Below, one piece after another: positions 7,926-16,731 of a stretch of 38,764 nt of DNA. The translations under genes were made by a program, and so were the position numbers. Within the stretch, counting starts at the first letter, position 1. Each line of letters opens with the position of its first letter. Origin of the DNA: a virus (Duplodnaviria; Caudoviricetes). The notes below the pieces were generated by a model. That model was not told the origin of the DNA. It made no database searches and saw only the letters and a program-made list of their open reading frames with translations. The stretch covers positions 1 through 38,764 of IMG/VR virus record IMGVR_UViG_3300020042_012255; one strand, given 5' to 3'.

Positions 7926-10253
7926 TTAAGCTCCTAATGCCAGTTTTCTGCCGGCTGTTCGTAAATATAAAATTTGCGCGTCTATCTGAACATCCGACTC
8001 TTGCTCTGTTCCTACTAATTGCGTATTAGAAAGAGTCCATTCAATTGTTATAAAGTTTCCTCTTACAGGACAAATCACTCTTTGCCAATTTTTTGAAGAT
8101 GAGATGCCGCCATTTTGTGAAGTAGGAACTGTAGAGTTAAAGAATGGGTCAGGTAAATTCGTTGAAGGATTAATGTTCTGCGGTAAAATATTAATGGGAG
8201 AGTTGTCGTTGTAATCTAAGTAAAGGTTGAGGGAAATAGCGCCTTCCGATGTTGAATTAACAAGTAAATCAATAAATCCAAGTTGTATATTCTGACCTTG
8301 ATCTAAGAAATTAAACTTCTTGCTGATGATACTAAATCCATCACGAATTGCGATTTGCGCTCCGCCAATGTAAGTGCCAGGTGTGTCAAGCTCAGGTGTG
8401 TCAAAATCCCCCGTAAAAGGGTTAAATTGCCACAGCTGGAAGTTGTCCTTATCTACTATGATAACTCCAAAGATACCATCGTTAATATTAGCGTAAAATG
8501 GGTCGGTTGTAGCAAGACCCGTGATCTTGATAACTTGTCCATTCTGCAAATTGTGATTTACGCTTCTAATTACGGTCGGAGTAGTCGTATTTCCAGTGAT
8601 ATTGTAAATGTAAAGACTTACATCGTTAGAAACTTTTGGCTCTAAGTTAGAAGATAGATATTCAACATACCCCTGCTGATTACCACCAACAATTGATGGA
8701 AATTGAGCCGGTACATCAGTCCATGGAAAGTTTGCTTGTGACCAAGGGTATGTAGCAGAGGCCCAAGTTCTTTGCACCGGACTTTGATATGTACCAAGTG
8801 TCGTTAGTGAATCGGTAAATATTGCCCAGGAGTCGTTTTCGTAATTATAGACAAGTCTTCGATTAGGAAATATAGTAGAAAACCCACTCCCTGGATTATA
8901 AGGATATGTCCAATAAGCGAGTCTTTGCTGAATATCTCTAATACCATGAACCCTGGCAGATCCATTATTTGAATTCCTAAATTGATAGATTAAATCAGGA
9001 ATTTTTATATCAATTCTTTCGGATTTATAGCTATCGCATTCAACAACGCCCTTATCACCGATTCCAACAAGAGATGTATCAAATTGAACGGCGCTAAATG
9101 TGCTTTCTGCGCCCAGTTCGCTATTTACTTTCTCAATTTGAAACGGAGCTATTGATCTTTCTACATACCTAAGCTGCCATGTGCTTCTTTCGCAATAGAT
9201 GACTAGATTGTCTCTAACAAATCCCACTGATACAATGTTTTCAGATGTAGGGATATCAAGATATCCTCCCTGACCTCTTATATCATCACGCCAAGCATTT
9301 GGATTTACACCAGAAGGAAATAAAGCGCTTACATCGGAAATAGGAGTGCCGATTGCAGCCCATCTGATTCTTTGTCTTTTTTGCACAGAACTTGCAAGGT
9401 TTGCCCCTTCAAACGTGTTGAATGTTACAAGTCTTCCCCTAAAAGGAAGCATTGCCAAACACTGGTTTAGTCTGTCACCTGATGCATTTATGGTAGGCGC
9501 AAAGTCAACCCAAGCCGAACCGTCTGTATATCTGATAGGGTCACCGCTTACACCAGAAAAATTAGTCACCCAAAAGATTTTAGAGTTAGGGTTTGGACTA
9601 CCAGAAGGTGTAATCCAAAAATTAGTTGACCAGAAGAAATTAGAATCTGTTCCAGTCCATGTAGTTCCTGGTATAAACTCTTGCCAGCCTGCATTGTAAA
9701 TGTAAGCGTATGTTTGATCAAAAGCTACAAGCTGCTCAAAATTGATGTTGTTTAGCTCTCTAGATCTAAGACCCATAACAGGCAGACTAGCATAGTAGCC
9801 AAACGTAATAGTTGAAGCAACTCCAGCCCCTGCCGTGTGAGTAAGTGTTACTGATCCTGTGCTATAATTAATTGTACCACTATTTCCTCCTGTAGGACTT
9901 GTAAGTGTACCATCACCCTGGTCAGTGAATGTAATAGCTCCACCACCGCTTCCGATCACAATTACAACGCTACCAGGGACTATTTGAGCATTAGGCTGAG
10001 TAATTGCAGGTATAACTGTAGAGAATATTGTAAACGTCCAAGGAGATGCGCCAGATGTGGAAATAGACACGGCAGTAAAATTTCTTCTGAGTCTTCCGAG
10101 TAAATCGTAACCCTGTCTTCTTCGAATTCTTTCTCTCCAGATATAAGCATTTTCTAAAACGGGATAAGCGTCATCAGGCAAAAGAAAATTCTCACGACCT
10201 TGTACAAGTCCTGTTGTATTTCCTGTTATGTGAAGAGGCTCATACGCTCCCAT
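7926..10253 (-). CDS. Tail nozzle/hub (P22 gp10- or T7 gp12-like stabilisation protein)
   Basis: About 775 aa, beta-propeller-like repeats (RIRWAAIG), follows the adaptor; TGATG coupling at 10253. Confidence 0.7.
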   Translation of the reverse strand: MGAYEPLHITGNTTGLVQGRENFLLPDDAYPVLENAYIWRERIRRRQGYDLLGRLRRNFTAVSISTSGASPWTFTIFSTVIPAITQPNAQIVPGSVVIVIGSGGGAITFTDQGDGTLTSPTGGNSGTINYSTGSVTLTHTAGAGVASTITFGYYASLPVMGLRSRELNNINFEQLVAFDQTYAYIYNAGWQEFIPGTTWTGTDSNFFWSTNFWITPSGSPNPNSKIFWVTNFSGVSGDPIRYTDGSAWVDFAPTINASGDRLNQCLAMLPFRGRLVTFNTFEGANLASSVQKRQRIRWAAIGTPISDVSALFPSGVNPNAWRDDIRGQGGYLDIPTSENIVSVGFVRDNLVIYCERSTWQLRYVERSIAPFQIEKVNSELGAESTFSAVQFDTSLVGIGDKGVVECDSYKSERIDIKIPDLIYQFRNSNNGSARVHGIRDIQQRLAYWTYPYNPGSGFSTIFPNRRLVYNYENDSWAIFTDSLTTLGTYQSPVQRTWASATYPWSQANFPWTDVPAQFPSIVGGNQQGYVEYLSSNLEPKVSNDVSLYIYNITGNTTTPTVIRSVNHNLQNGQVIKITGLATTDPFYANINDGIFGVIIVDKDNFQLWQFNPFTGDFDTPELDTPGTYIGGAQIAIRDGFSIISKKFNFLDQGQNIQLGFIDLLVNSTSEGAISLNLYLDYNDNSPINILPQNINPSTNLPDPFFNSTVPTSQNGGISSSKNWQRVICPVRGNFITIEWTLSNTQLVGTEQESDVQIDAQILYLRTAGRKLALGA

Positions 10254-11320
10254 CAATACCACCCTTGTCCAAAACCGTTATTCGATCCTTGATTTGGTTG
10301 CGTACCTGCGAAAATTGTCCCATTCCTGCTGTTAATCTCTTCAGTTGCCTGTCTCTCTAAAACAAGACCTTCTTGCCTTTTAAACCCTTCCATTAGATTT
10401 TCTACGCCTTCCATATCTTGTCTTTGGCGTAGTATCTCCATAGACACCCCGTATGCTATGTACTGAACCCATTGATTGAGTATTGGGCTGTCTGTGGTTT
10501 GCATAAACTGTACTGGAGTTAGGTAAGTTTCCACTTCGATCTTATGAATAAGCTTAGGAATCGGTCTCACACGAAATTCATTATTCCAAAACAAAAGTGA
10601 ATAGGGTCTTCCTGTCTGATATTGGGATACCCACAAAGTCATCGTCTCACCCTGCGCTGGTATCACACTTCCTGGAGCTAATGCGAAGTTAACAGTAAAT
10701 ACTCCAGTGACGTAATTCACAGTGCCGATATTTGTAACAGTTAATAGACCAGGGTTTCCTGTGTTTAAGTTATACATGCCAGGAACTGGGGGTGTTTGTG
10801 TAATCGGAGGAACTGACACTACAGCATTTGGCACTACATACTGGAGATTGCCATTTCCATCATCTCTCACGCTAATCGCATTACCGTTAGTATCGGTACC
10901 TCCTAGCACTACTTCTTCGCTTAAGAAAGGTCCTGGTATAGTAAATGTAAAAGATTGTGTTACCCCATCTCCTGCGATCGGCTGAAACTTAGTAGGAAAT
11001 CTAGGCCATAAGTTGTAGAATTCATTCCTATCTTTGTAAAAATTCCCTTGGATACCTTCTACATAAACTGGGGATCGAACGCCCTGATTGTAGTTTACAT
11101 CAAGCGGATATCTATCAATGTAAGGTCTTGTGTAGAAAGTATAAACAGATCGCATCTGATCAAGTTTAATCGCGTAGGGGAAGTCTGCTGAGTAGAATGT
11201 ATTGACCTGTTGCTGAATATCTGCGCTTGGCAATGTAGATTCAGAAGACGATGCAGTCAGCCGCCTTACCAGCAATTCGATCTGGGCGTAAGTGTTATTT
11301 GCTTGTACAACGGCTGACAT
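10253..11320 (-). CDS. Head-tail adaptor (tail tubular protein A-like) with inserted beta domain
   Basis: Helical N- and C-termini (VRRLT..., WVQYIAYG) and RVRPIP motif; gene position. Confidence 0.65.
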   Translation of the reverse strand: MSAVVQANNTYAQIELLVRRLTASSSESTLPSADIQQQVNTFYSADFPYAIKLDQMRSVYTFYTRPYIDRYPLDVNYNQGVRSPVYVEGIQGNFYKDRNEFYNLWPRFPTKFQPIAGDGVTQSFTFTIPGPFLSEEVVLGGTDTNGNAISVRDDGNGNLQYVVPNAVVSVPPITQTPPVPGMYNLNTGNPGLLTVTNIGTVNYVTGVFTVNFALAPGSVIPAQGETMTLWVSQYQTGRPYSLLFWNNEFRVRPIPKLIHKIEVETYLTPVQFMQTTDSPILNQWVQYIAYGVSMEILRQRQDMEGVENLMEGFKRQEGLVLERQATEEINSRNGTIFAGTQPNQGSNNGFGQGWY

Positions 11321-11332
11321 ATATACCCCTTA

Positions 11333-11737
11333 TTAAATTTCTGCCGAATAGAATCTATGGAGTTTCTCTCCAGGCCCGTCTTTCTTAGTAGGAACCCCGT
11401 TTCTATCCAAAATCTCGCTTCTTTGCGCTAATTCAGGTTGGCTATTTACTTCATAAATAAGACCTTTTGGCACTGTATAAACGTGATTGTGGATAAATCT
11501 CCATGTAGTGATAGGCTGCCCTTCATATTTCATGTACGGACGCTCTAATCTTTCATTTGCGCCTTTAGAATTGATGTATATAACCTTTTCAAGCTTTTCG
11601 TCCTCTTTCTTCATTTTTTTGAGAGATTCACGAAAATTTTCATCAAAACGTTTAAAGCCTGTATCGGGTACAGAATTACTTACTGTATTAATAAGACCGT
11701 GTTCTATTCCTGATGCTGTTCTTTGAGTTAAAGACAT
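11333..11737 (-). CDS. Hypothetical protein of the head-tail module
   Basis: 134 aa, TAGGA SD. Confidence 0.65.
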   Translation of the reverse strand: MSLTQRTASGIEHGLINTVSNSVPDTGFKRFDENFRESLKKMKKEDEKLEKVIYINSKGANERLERPYMKYEGQPITTWRFIHNHVYTVPKGLIYEVNSQPELAQRSEILDRNGVPTKKDGPGEKLHRFYSAEI

Positions 11738-11751
11738 GTTTTTCCTATTGT

Positions 11752-12162
11752 TTAGTTTCCGACCTGTCCATTCAACGCGTGGAATGGAACTATTTTTAAA
11801 TTAGTGTTTAAGTTAGTTAAATTCCTGCTTCCGGCAGGAGATAATGTAGCCGGTCTTTCTAATGTAAACCCTGATCCAGGAAAGACAAATGGGTCAAATT
11901 TCGTAGAGTCTATATCGAAAGTAATCTGTAAATTAGTCTGATCAACTGCAAGTATTTTTCCGGTAAGTGTGTTGAGTTGAAACATTCCGTACGTGTAAGG
12001 GATGGTGAAATAAGCCAATTGGTCTACTACATAACTGTTAGCAGTTGTTACCGTAACAACCATTGGGCTTGAGTTTGTAATTGCTGAAATAACTAGAAAT
12101 GTTGGTACTACAGGGCTTGGTGGCAAAAATGTGTTTGCTCCTTGATATGTAAGTATTGACAT
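11752..12162 (-). CDS. Virion protein with ISAITNSSPMVVT beta-barrel-type repeat
   Basis: Similar motifs occur in 12216..13274 and in the nozzle; AAGGA SD. Confidence 0.6.
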   Translation of the reverse strand: MSILTYQGANTFLPPSPVVPTFLVISAITNSSPMVVTVTTANSYVVDQLAYFTIPYTYGMFQLNTLTGKILAVDQTNLQITFDIDSTKFDPFVFPGSGFTLERPATLSPAGSRNLTNLNTNLKIVPFHALNGQVGN

Positions 12163-12173
12163 TTCTTATCCTT

Positions 12174-12202
12174 AAATATAGGGGGAAGAAATTTCCTCCC
12201 CC
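12174..12202 (-). terminator. Probable intrinsic terminator after the capsid/decoration genes
   Basis: Minus strand GGGGGAGGA-AAUU-UCUUCCCCC followed by UAUAUUU; the G-U pair favours the minus strand. Confidence 0.7.
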
Positions 12203-12215
12203 AAAAAACTAACTT

Positions 12216-13274
12216 CTAGTTTTCGAACTTGTACGCTGCCCAATTAATTACATCATTGTTTGCTCCAGCTGGGGAATTAGCTCCGCCTGCCAAGAACATA
12301 AATGGAGTAATTTGACCCGAATGGAATGGAGTCAATGCAAACTCATACCCTGTGTATACGTTTGTAATTGGGTTATATGTAGTAGAAGAACCGGCAGGTG
12401 CAAATGTCGCAAACAGCTGAGCTGTTGGAGAAAGTGCAGAAGCTGGGTATGTAAATGCAGTGAATGCAGATACATCTATATCTACCACAACGTTATAAGC
12501 TGCTGTATTTGTTGTTGCAGCTCTGTTAAGTGCGGTAATAGTTCCTGTAAGTTGATTTATTTGTGTCATTCCAAAAGAAGAAGGAACACTAAAATGAATC
12601 TTGTTACCAACTACATAATATAGAGACGGATCAACAGACACGCTAATTACAGCTCCGGCTAAAGGAGTTGCTAGCACTGACGCAGGAGAAATGTTTGTAA
12701 TATACATTATCTCTGGGTCTACTGCTGCGTTCTTAGAAACACGTCTTGTAAAGCCTACTGTCAATGCTGAAAAACCGTTAGCAACTGTAGCAGGTAATCC
12801 AAGAAGTGTATAACCTGTCCCCGAAACAGAAGAAATTTGAAATTTCATTCCGCCCAAAGTTAAATCGCCTGTTGTGTTGTAGAGATATACCAAATCTCCA
12901 TTCGAATAAGTGTTAGTCTGAGTAACAACAGCTGGGTTAGCAGCAGTCATTGTCAAACCACTTACGTTCGCAGCTTCGATAATCGGAGCTGTTGTGTAGT
13001 AAGTAAAACCATTCGATGCTGTAGCTGTAGCAAAAGAATCGATCAGAATCGCTGAAGATGCTGCTTTTCTCCATCTAAGTCCTCTATTTGCAGCTGATGC
13101 GCCAGGCCCGAATTTAGAGCCAAACCATTCGCCACCTACACAAACTGTAGGAGCTGCAGCTGCGTACTGCGTGATATTCCATGTTTTGAAATAATCAGCA
13201 GAGCTTGGAAGAGGGATAGATACCCCCGCTCCTGTTGAGGTGAATGAACCACCTGTGATAATTGTAAAAGCCAT
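12216..13274 (-). CDS. Structural protein, putative capsid decoration/minor capsid
   Basis: 352 aa, T/A/S/G-rich, immediately after the major capsid gene and before the terminator. Confidence 0.65.
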   Translation of the reverse strand: MAFTIITGGSFTSTGAGVSIPLPSSADYFKTWNITQYAAAAPTVCVGGEWFGSKFGPGASAANRGLRWRKAASSAILIDSFATATASNGFTYYTTAPIIEAANVSGLTMTAANPAVVTQTNTYSNGDLVYLYNTTGDLTLGGMKFQISSVSGTGYTLLGLPATVANGFSALTVGFTRRVSKNAAVDPEIMYITNISPASVLATPLAGAVISVSVDPSLYYVVGNKIHFSVPSSFGMTQINQLTGTITALNRAATTNTAAYNVVVDIDVSAFTAFTYPASALSPTAQLFATFAPAGSSTTYNPITNVYTGYEFALTPFHSGQITPFMFLAGGANSPAGANNDVINWAAYKFEN

Positions 13275-13284
13275 AATTTACCCC

Positions 13285-13892
13285 TTATAGTCTTTGAGTT
13301 ACGTTTAGACCAGTCACCCAGTTTTGGTTAGTGATCGCTCTCGCAATCGCAAACTTAGCGTAGAGTTGGCTGTTTTGTGCAACTGACGAAACAACGTAAG
13401 GAGGTCTATATCCCAACACTGCCGAATAGTTGTTTTGCTCGATTTTTGCAGCAGCTTCCATGCCATACATTGGAATTGTATAGACGGTTTGTCCACCTGG
13501 TTGAGAGATTCCAGGAATCTTCGCGGCTTTAGAGCTGACAAAGAATCTAAATCTGGAAACAGAGCAATACTCTTCTGGTCTCAATCCCTGCTGGTTTGGA
13601 TATGCGTTCTTTAAAAGAACACCCTGCACGTTTTGAAGGTCAGGTGTAATATCTGTAGAAGCAAGTGCTATAAACGCATCTCGAGTAGGAGCTGTTGCAA
13701 ACTTAAGATCTGCATCAATTCCTTCAAGCATTGTTCTTGCATCATTACCAAGCAAAATACGTTCGATGTTGTTCACATCATTACGAGAGATTTCGCTGGG
13801 CTGCTGGCCGTTGATACCCCCGACTGCGTTTAAATAACTTACGCTTGAAGCGTACAGGTCACGCATTAGCAAATCTTCCTTCTCTCTCATCC
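13285..13892 (-). CDS. Major capsid protein (N4-gp56-like), exon 2
   Basis: (W)MREKEDLLMRD...EEYCSVSRFRF...ITNQNW is the C-terminal part of an HK97-fold capsid; in frame with exon 1 after splicing. Confidence 0.85.
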
Positions 13893-14148
13893 CTAAAAAA
13901 ATTTTTTTACAATTTTTTTCTGTTACTTTTGTGACCCTGTGTAATCATTACACATTGGCGGTGCAACTTCTTCGAATCGCACTCTCTATGTTTCCATAGA
14001 GTTCAGACTATCGCTTACCCTATTTCTAGAGTCCCTCTCACTTAGTCGTTCACGGTGGCTTTCGCCTTCCGCCCTGTTATCCGTCTGCTTTAAGCAGCGA
14101 GGACGTCCAAGTCAATCAGAGTGGGTTTAAAGTCAGCAGATAATGTTA
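13893..14148 (-). ncRNA. Group I self-splicing intron (256 nt, no homing endonuclease ORF)
   Basis: P1 GUCAGU/GCUGAC with U-G at the 5' splice site; P10 UUAUCU/GGAUGA; P3 CCCACUC/GAGAGGG; P7 GACUA/UAGUC; P8; P9 CUCUAUG-GAAA-CAUAGAG; terminal G. Removal restores CAG-TGG-ATG in frame. Confidence 0.92.
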
Positions 14149-14509
14149 ACTGACCTAATAATGCAGTGAACTTTGTAAGAACCTTATCGTTCTCATACAA
14201 AGTAACTTGCTCATTTATGACTACTGTCTTAGCATAAATTTCTGTTGTAGCATCAATATCAGTACGTACGACAACTTCAGGAGCTGGATCAATACCAGAA
14301 CCATCAAGTTGACCGCCTTCTGTTGATAGACGCTCATATCTCGACATACGAGTAGTTTTACCGATGTGCGCTTCAGCATAGTGAAGGTCAGCACCAAAGG
14401 AGTGAATTAAATTGAACATTGGCGTGCTTAAGAGATCTTCGCTAAATTGTAGCGGAAGCTCCGGAGCCATGTTCTGAATGTTTGTGATACCTGTAGTAGA
14501 AACAGACAT
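14149..14509 (-). CDS. Major capsid protein (N4-gp56-like), exon 1
   Basis: GKTTRMSRYERL...LDGSGIDP capsid N-terminal motifs; 120 codons plus 1 nt. Confidence 0.85.
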
Positions 14510-14516
14510 GATTATT

Positions 14517-14614
14517 CCATCGTTAAGTTATTAATCATGTTTGATGGCCAAATCAAACTAAATTAAGCCTTACGATGGTCAGCCGTATATTGAACCTGAG
14601 AAGAGCCACTTCTC
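14517..14614 (-). promoter_or_regulatory. Structured 5' leader of the capsid gene (three hairpins with UGRCY loops and an SD-occluding helix)
   Basis: GAGAAG-UGGCU-CUUCUC, UACGG-CUGACCA-UCGUA, GUUUGAU-UUGGCC-AUCAAAC; CCAUCGUAAG can pair with CUUAACGAUGG over the SD. Confidence 0.6.
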
Positions 14615-14648
14615 GATTAAGCTAAAATAAAATGTATATAATCAAATA

Positions 14649-14876
14649 TTAATTATCAATATTCTTATCTGGAAACGGAAAGTCTTCTGCATACATCCAC
14701 CAGTAGTTTGGCAAAAGATTTTCTTTCTTGCAGTAATTTATGTATTCATTCCAATCTACACCATGTGAGTCATATTTTCTCATTCCTATTGGATAATGTC
14801 CTTCATATGGAGCATCTATCTGAATGATTTCCCTTCCATCTTCAGGCTGACAATCTAATATATGATTCCATTTCAT
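14649..14876 (-). CDS. Small DUF551-like hypothetical protein
   Basis: MKWNHILDCQPEDG...YWWMY pattern; ATGA coupling with the scaffold gene. Confidence 0.55.
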   Translation of the reverse strand: MKWNHILDCQPEDGREIIQIDAPYEGHYPIGMRKYDSHGVDWNEYINYCKKENLLPNYWWMYAEDFPFPDKNIDN

Positions 14877-15586
14877 TTCCCACCCCTCATGACGCGTTGC
14901 ATCCGGTTCCAGTTGTCTTTTCTTCTTTGATCATCTAACATCACTGGAGCATGATCGCTTGTTGTTGTTACACCAGGAACTGACATGGCTTGAGGTTTAG
15001 AAAAGTTCTTTTCAGCTTTTTTCTGGTCTTTGTTATTAGTTGCGTTGGGCAAGAATCTCTTCACAGCCTTGTATACATTAGACCATTTATCAAATGAATC
15101 TGGTGCGTTCTTAAACGCTGCTGCAACTTCAGGATAGTGATATTCAAGATAGTCTAAATTCTCTTCAGAGCATACTTGATCAAAGTCATTATATGTTTGC
15201 GCTAAGCGTTGAGGAAACTCAGCATGTTCTCTTCGTACTCTTTCTTCTTCTGCTTTCTGTCTTTCTTTTGCAAGTGCTGCATCAATCTTCTTCTGAATAC
15301 GATCTTCTTCCGATTCATCTACATCGTAATTATTAACAGAGTTGTTAACGGGTTTATTGAGTAACGCTTCCATCGCAGCTTTGAGAGCTTCAGCCTCGGC
15401 AGTTTTTTGAGCTGCTCGTCTTTCCGCTTCTTCTTTTTGCTGTCTTTCTACTCGTCTAGCTTCTTTAAATTTACGCCAATCAATTTGCTGCGGATTTTCT
15501 TCCTCTTTTGATTCAACAGGTTGATTGTTTTGGGGTTGCGCTTGAACTGCTTTTTCTTCTATATTTGTTTCAACTTGTTCTTCCAT
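14873..15586 (-). CDS. Capsid scaffolding protein (putative)
   Basis: Acidic disordered N-terminus and long coiled coil; upstream of the capsid gene; AGGAG SD. Confidence 0.75.
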   Translation of the reverse strand: MEEQVETNIEEKAVQAQPQNNQPVESKEEENPQQIDWRKFKEARRVERQQKEEAERRAAQKTAEAEALKAAMEALLNKPVNNSVNNYDVDESEEDRIQKKIDAALAKERQKAEEERVRREHAEFPQRLAQTYNDFDQVCSEENLDYLEYHYPEVAAAFKNAPDSFDKWSNVYKAVKRFLPNATNNKDQKKAEKNFSKPQAMSVPGVTTTSDHAPVMLDDQRRKDNWNRMQRVMRGGK

Positions 15587-15597
15587 GATGGGCTCCT

Positions 15598-15864
15598 ATG
15601 TCTGATGATTCTGAATTTGATGTTAAAGAAGAGCTACAAAAGAATTTAGCTCACTATCGTCTCACTATGAGTTATCTTGGGGCTAATGCTCCAATCGGCG
15701 TTTTATGTTTACCCAACGTTATCGAAACTATTCTCGTCAAAGACGGATGTGTCAGGGTATATGACCTTATTAACCGCGATCTTAGTAAAATCAAAGGGCT
15801 CGGGGCTAATAGGCTTGACTTGCTCAGGACTCGACTTGATGAGTTCTTCACGATTGGCATTTAG
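15598..15864 (+). CDS. RNA polymerase alpha-CTD-like (helix-hairpin-helix) protein, antisense within the head operon
   Basis: PIGVLCLP..IETILVKDGCVRVYDL...LSKIKGLGANRLDLLRTRL parallels alpha-CTD PVDDLEL...L...I.DL...LLKTPNLGKKSL. Confidence 0.65.
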   Translation: MSDDSEFDVKEELQKNLAHYRLTMSYLGANAPIGVLCLPNVIETILVKDGCVRVYDLINRDLSKIKGLGANRLDLLRTRLDEFFTIGI

Positions 15865-16344
15865 ATATTCTGTTTCAGATAGCATAGTAATACCGTGTTG
15901 TTTGCGTATGTAAGGCCAAAATTTAAGCTTGAAGAATGCGTCGCACCAGCCTTTCATTTCTTGATATTTTTTATGCACATAAGACATTTCGGATAGCTCT
16001 GCCATTGTTAGCGCGTTCGGTAATGTCCAAAGTCTTTTAGTGAATTGTTGTTTTGTTTTGTTATACAGAAAAACTGCTTGGTTAGGTCTAGGAGAGGGTA
16101 GATATAAAAAGGCAAAGAACTTCCGTCTCATCACATTATGAATGAGTGGATCTCCAGCAATAACATAACCTACGCAGTATTCATCTTCGTTAAATATTGC
16201 TTCGTGACGATAGGCGCATATCATAAGTTCTTTTGCTATATCATCTGTAAGAGCATGACCCACTTCCAAAGCATCATACTTCGTAGTATCGCTGGCTGCC
16301 TTCACGGACTGCTCGCCAGCGGTTTTACGTTTTCTTTTCATCAA
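15709..16344 (-). CDS. Hypothetical protein of the head module
   Basis: 211 aa, globular-looking, coupled to the upstream small ORF. Confidence 0.75.
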   Translation of the reverse strand: MMKRKRKTAGEQSVKAASDTTKYDALEVGHALTDDIAKELMICAYRHEAIFNEDEYCVGYVIAGDPLIHNVMRRKFFAFLYLPSPRPNQAVFLYNKTKQQFTKRLWTLPNALTMAELSEMSYVHKKYQEMKGWCDAFFKLKFWPYIRKQHGITMLSETEYLNANREELIKSSPEQVKPISPEPFDFTKIAVNKVIYPDTSVFDENSFDNVG

Positions 16345-16520
16345 TGATCTTCTTTATTTACTTTTTCATAAGTAGTTTTACGCATATCAGAACGTTTTGG
16401 AGCAAAATCAGAACCTTGAGTAGCATACATGTTCCTAGAAGGTTCATTAGTACTATACATTTTTTCCCAATGGACATTAGTTACCGCATTTTTACTTCCT
16501 GAAGATTTTTTACCTGCCAT
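16341..16520 (-). CDS. Small basic protein (59 aa, not in the ORF track)
   Basis: MAGKKSSGSKNAVTNVHWEKMY...KEDH; GAGGT SD; fills the gap in the operon. Confidence 0.7.
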   Translation of the reverse strand: MAGKKSSGSKNAVTNVHWEKMYSTNEPSRNMYATQGSDFAPKRSDMRKTTYEKVNKEDH

Positions 16521-16534
16521 AGAAACCTCTCGGC

Positions 16535-16723
16535 TTAGTATTTCATTTTGTTCTTTTTAACGTAGCTTGCAAGAGCTTCGTTTGCGCGATCTAGATCTTG
16601 TGGGTTGCCGAACTCAGTTGCATACTTCTCATTAGATGTATGTCCAAGTTTGCCTTCGTTTCTTTCAAATTGATGGGCAGGCATTTTTGCGCTGCGCATT
16701 CCGCCATTTTTCTTACTATCCAT
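16535..16723 (-). CDS. Small basic hypothetical protein
   Basis: 62 aa, AGGAGG SD, directly after the portal gene. Confidence 0.75.
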   Translation of the reverse strand: MDSKKNGGMRSAKMPAHQFERNEGKLGHTSNEKYATEFGNPQDLDRANEALASYVKKNKMKY

Positions 16724-16731
16724 ATATCCTC

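Noticed and set aside
13893-14148. Intron-encoded homing endonuclease
   Set aside because: The intron is too short and has no ORF; no HNH, GIY-YIG or LAGLIDADG gene is recognised elsewhere.
13285-14509. Capsid pseudogene, two separate genes, frameshift or stop-codon recoding
   Set aside because: The gap holds a complete group I core whose removal restores the frame exactly. Other genes read normally in code 11.
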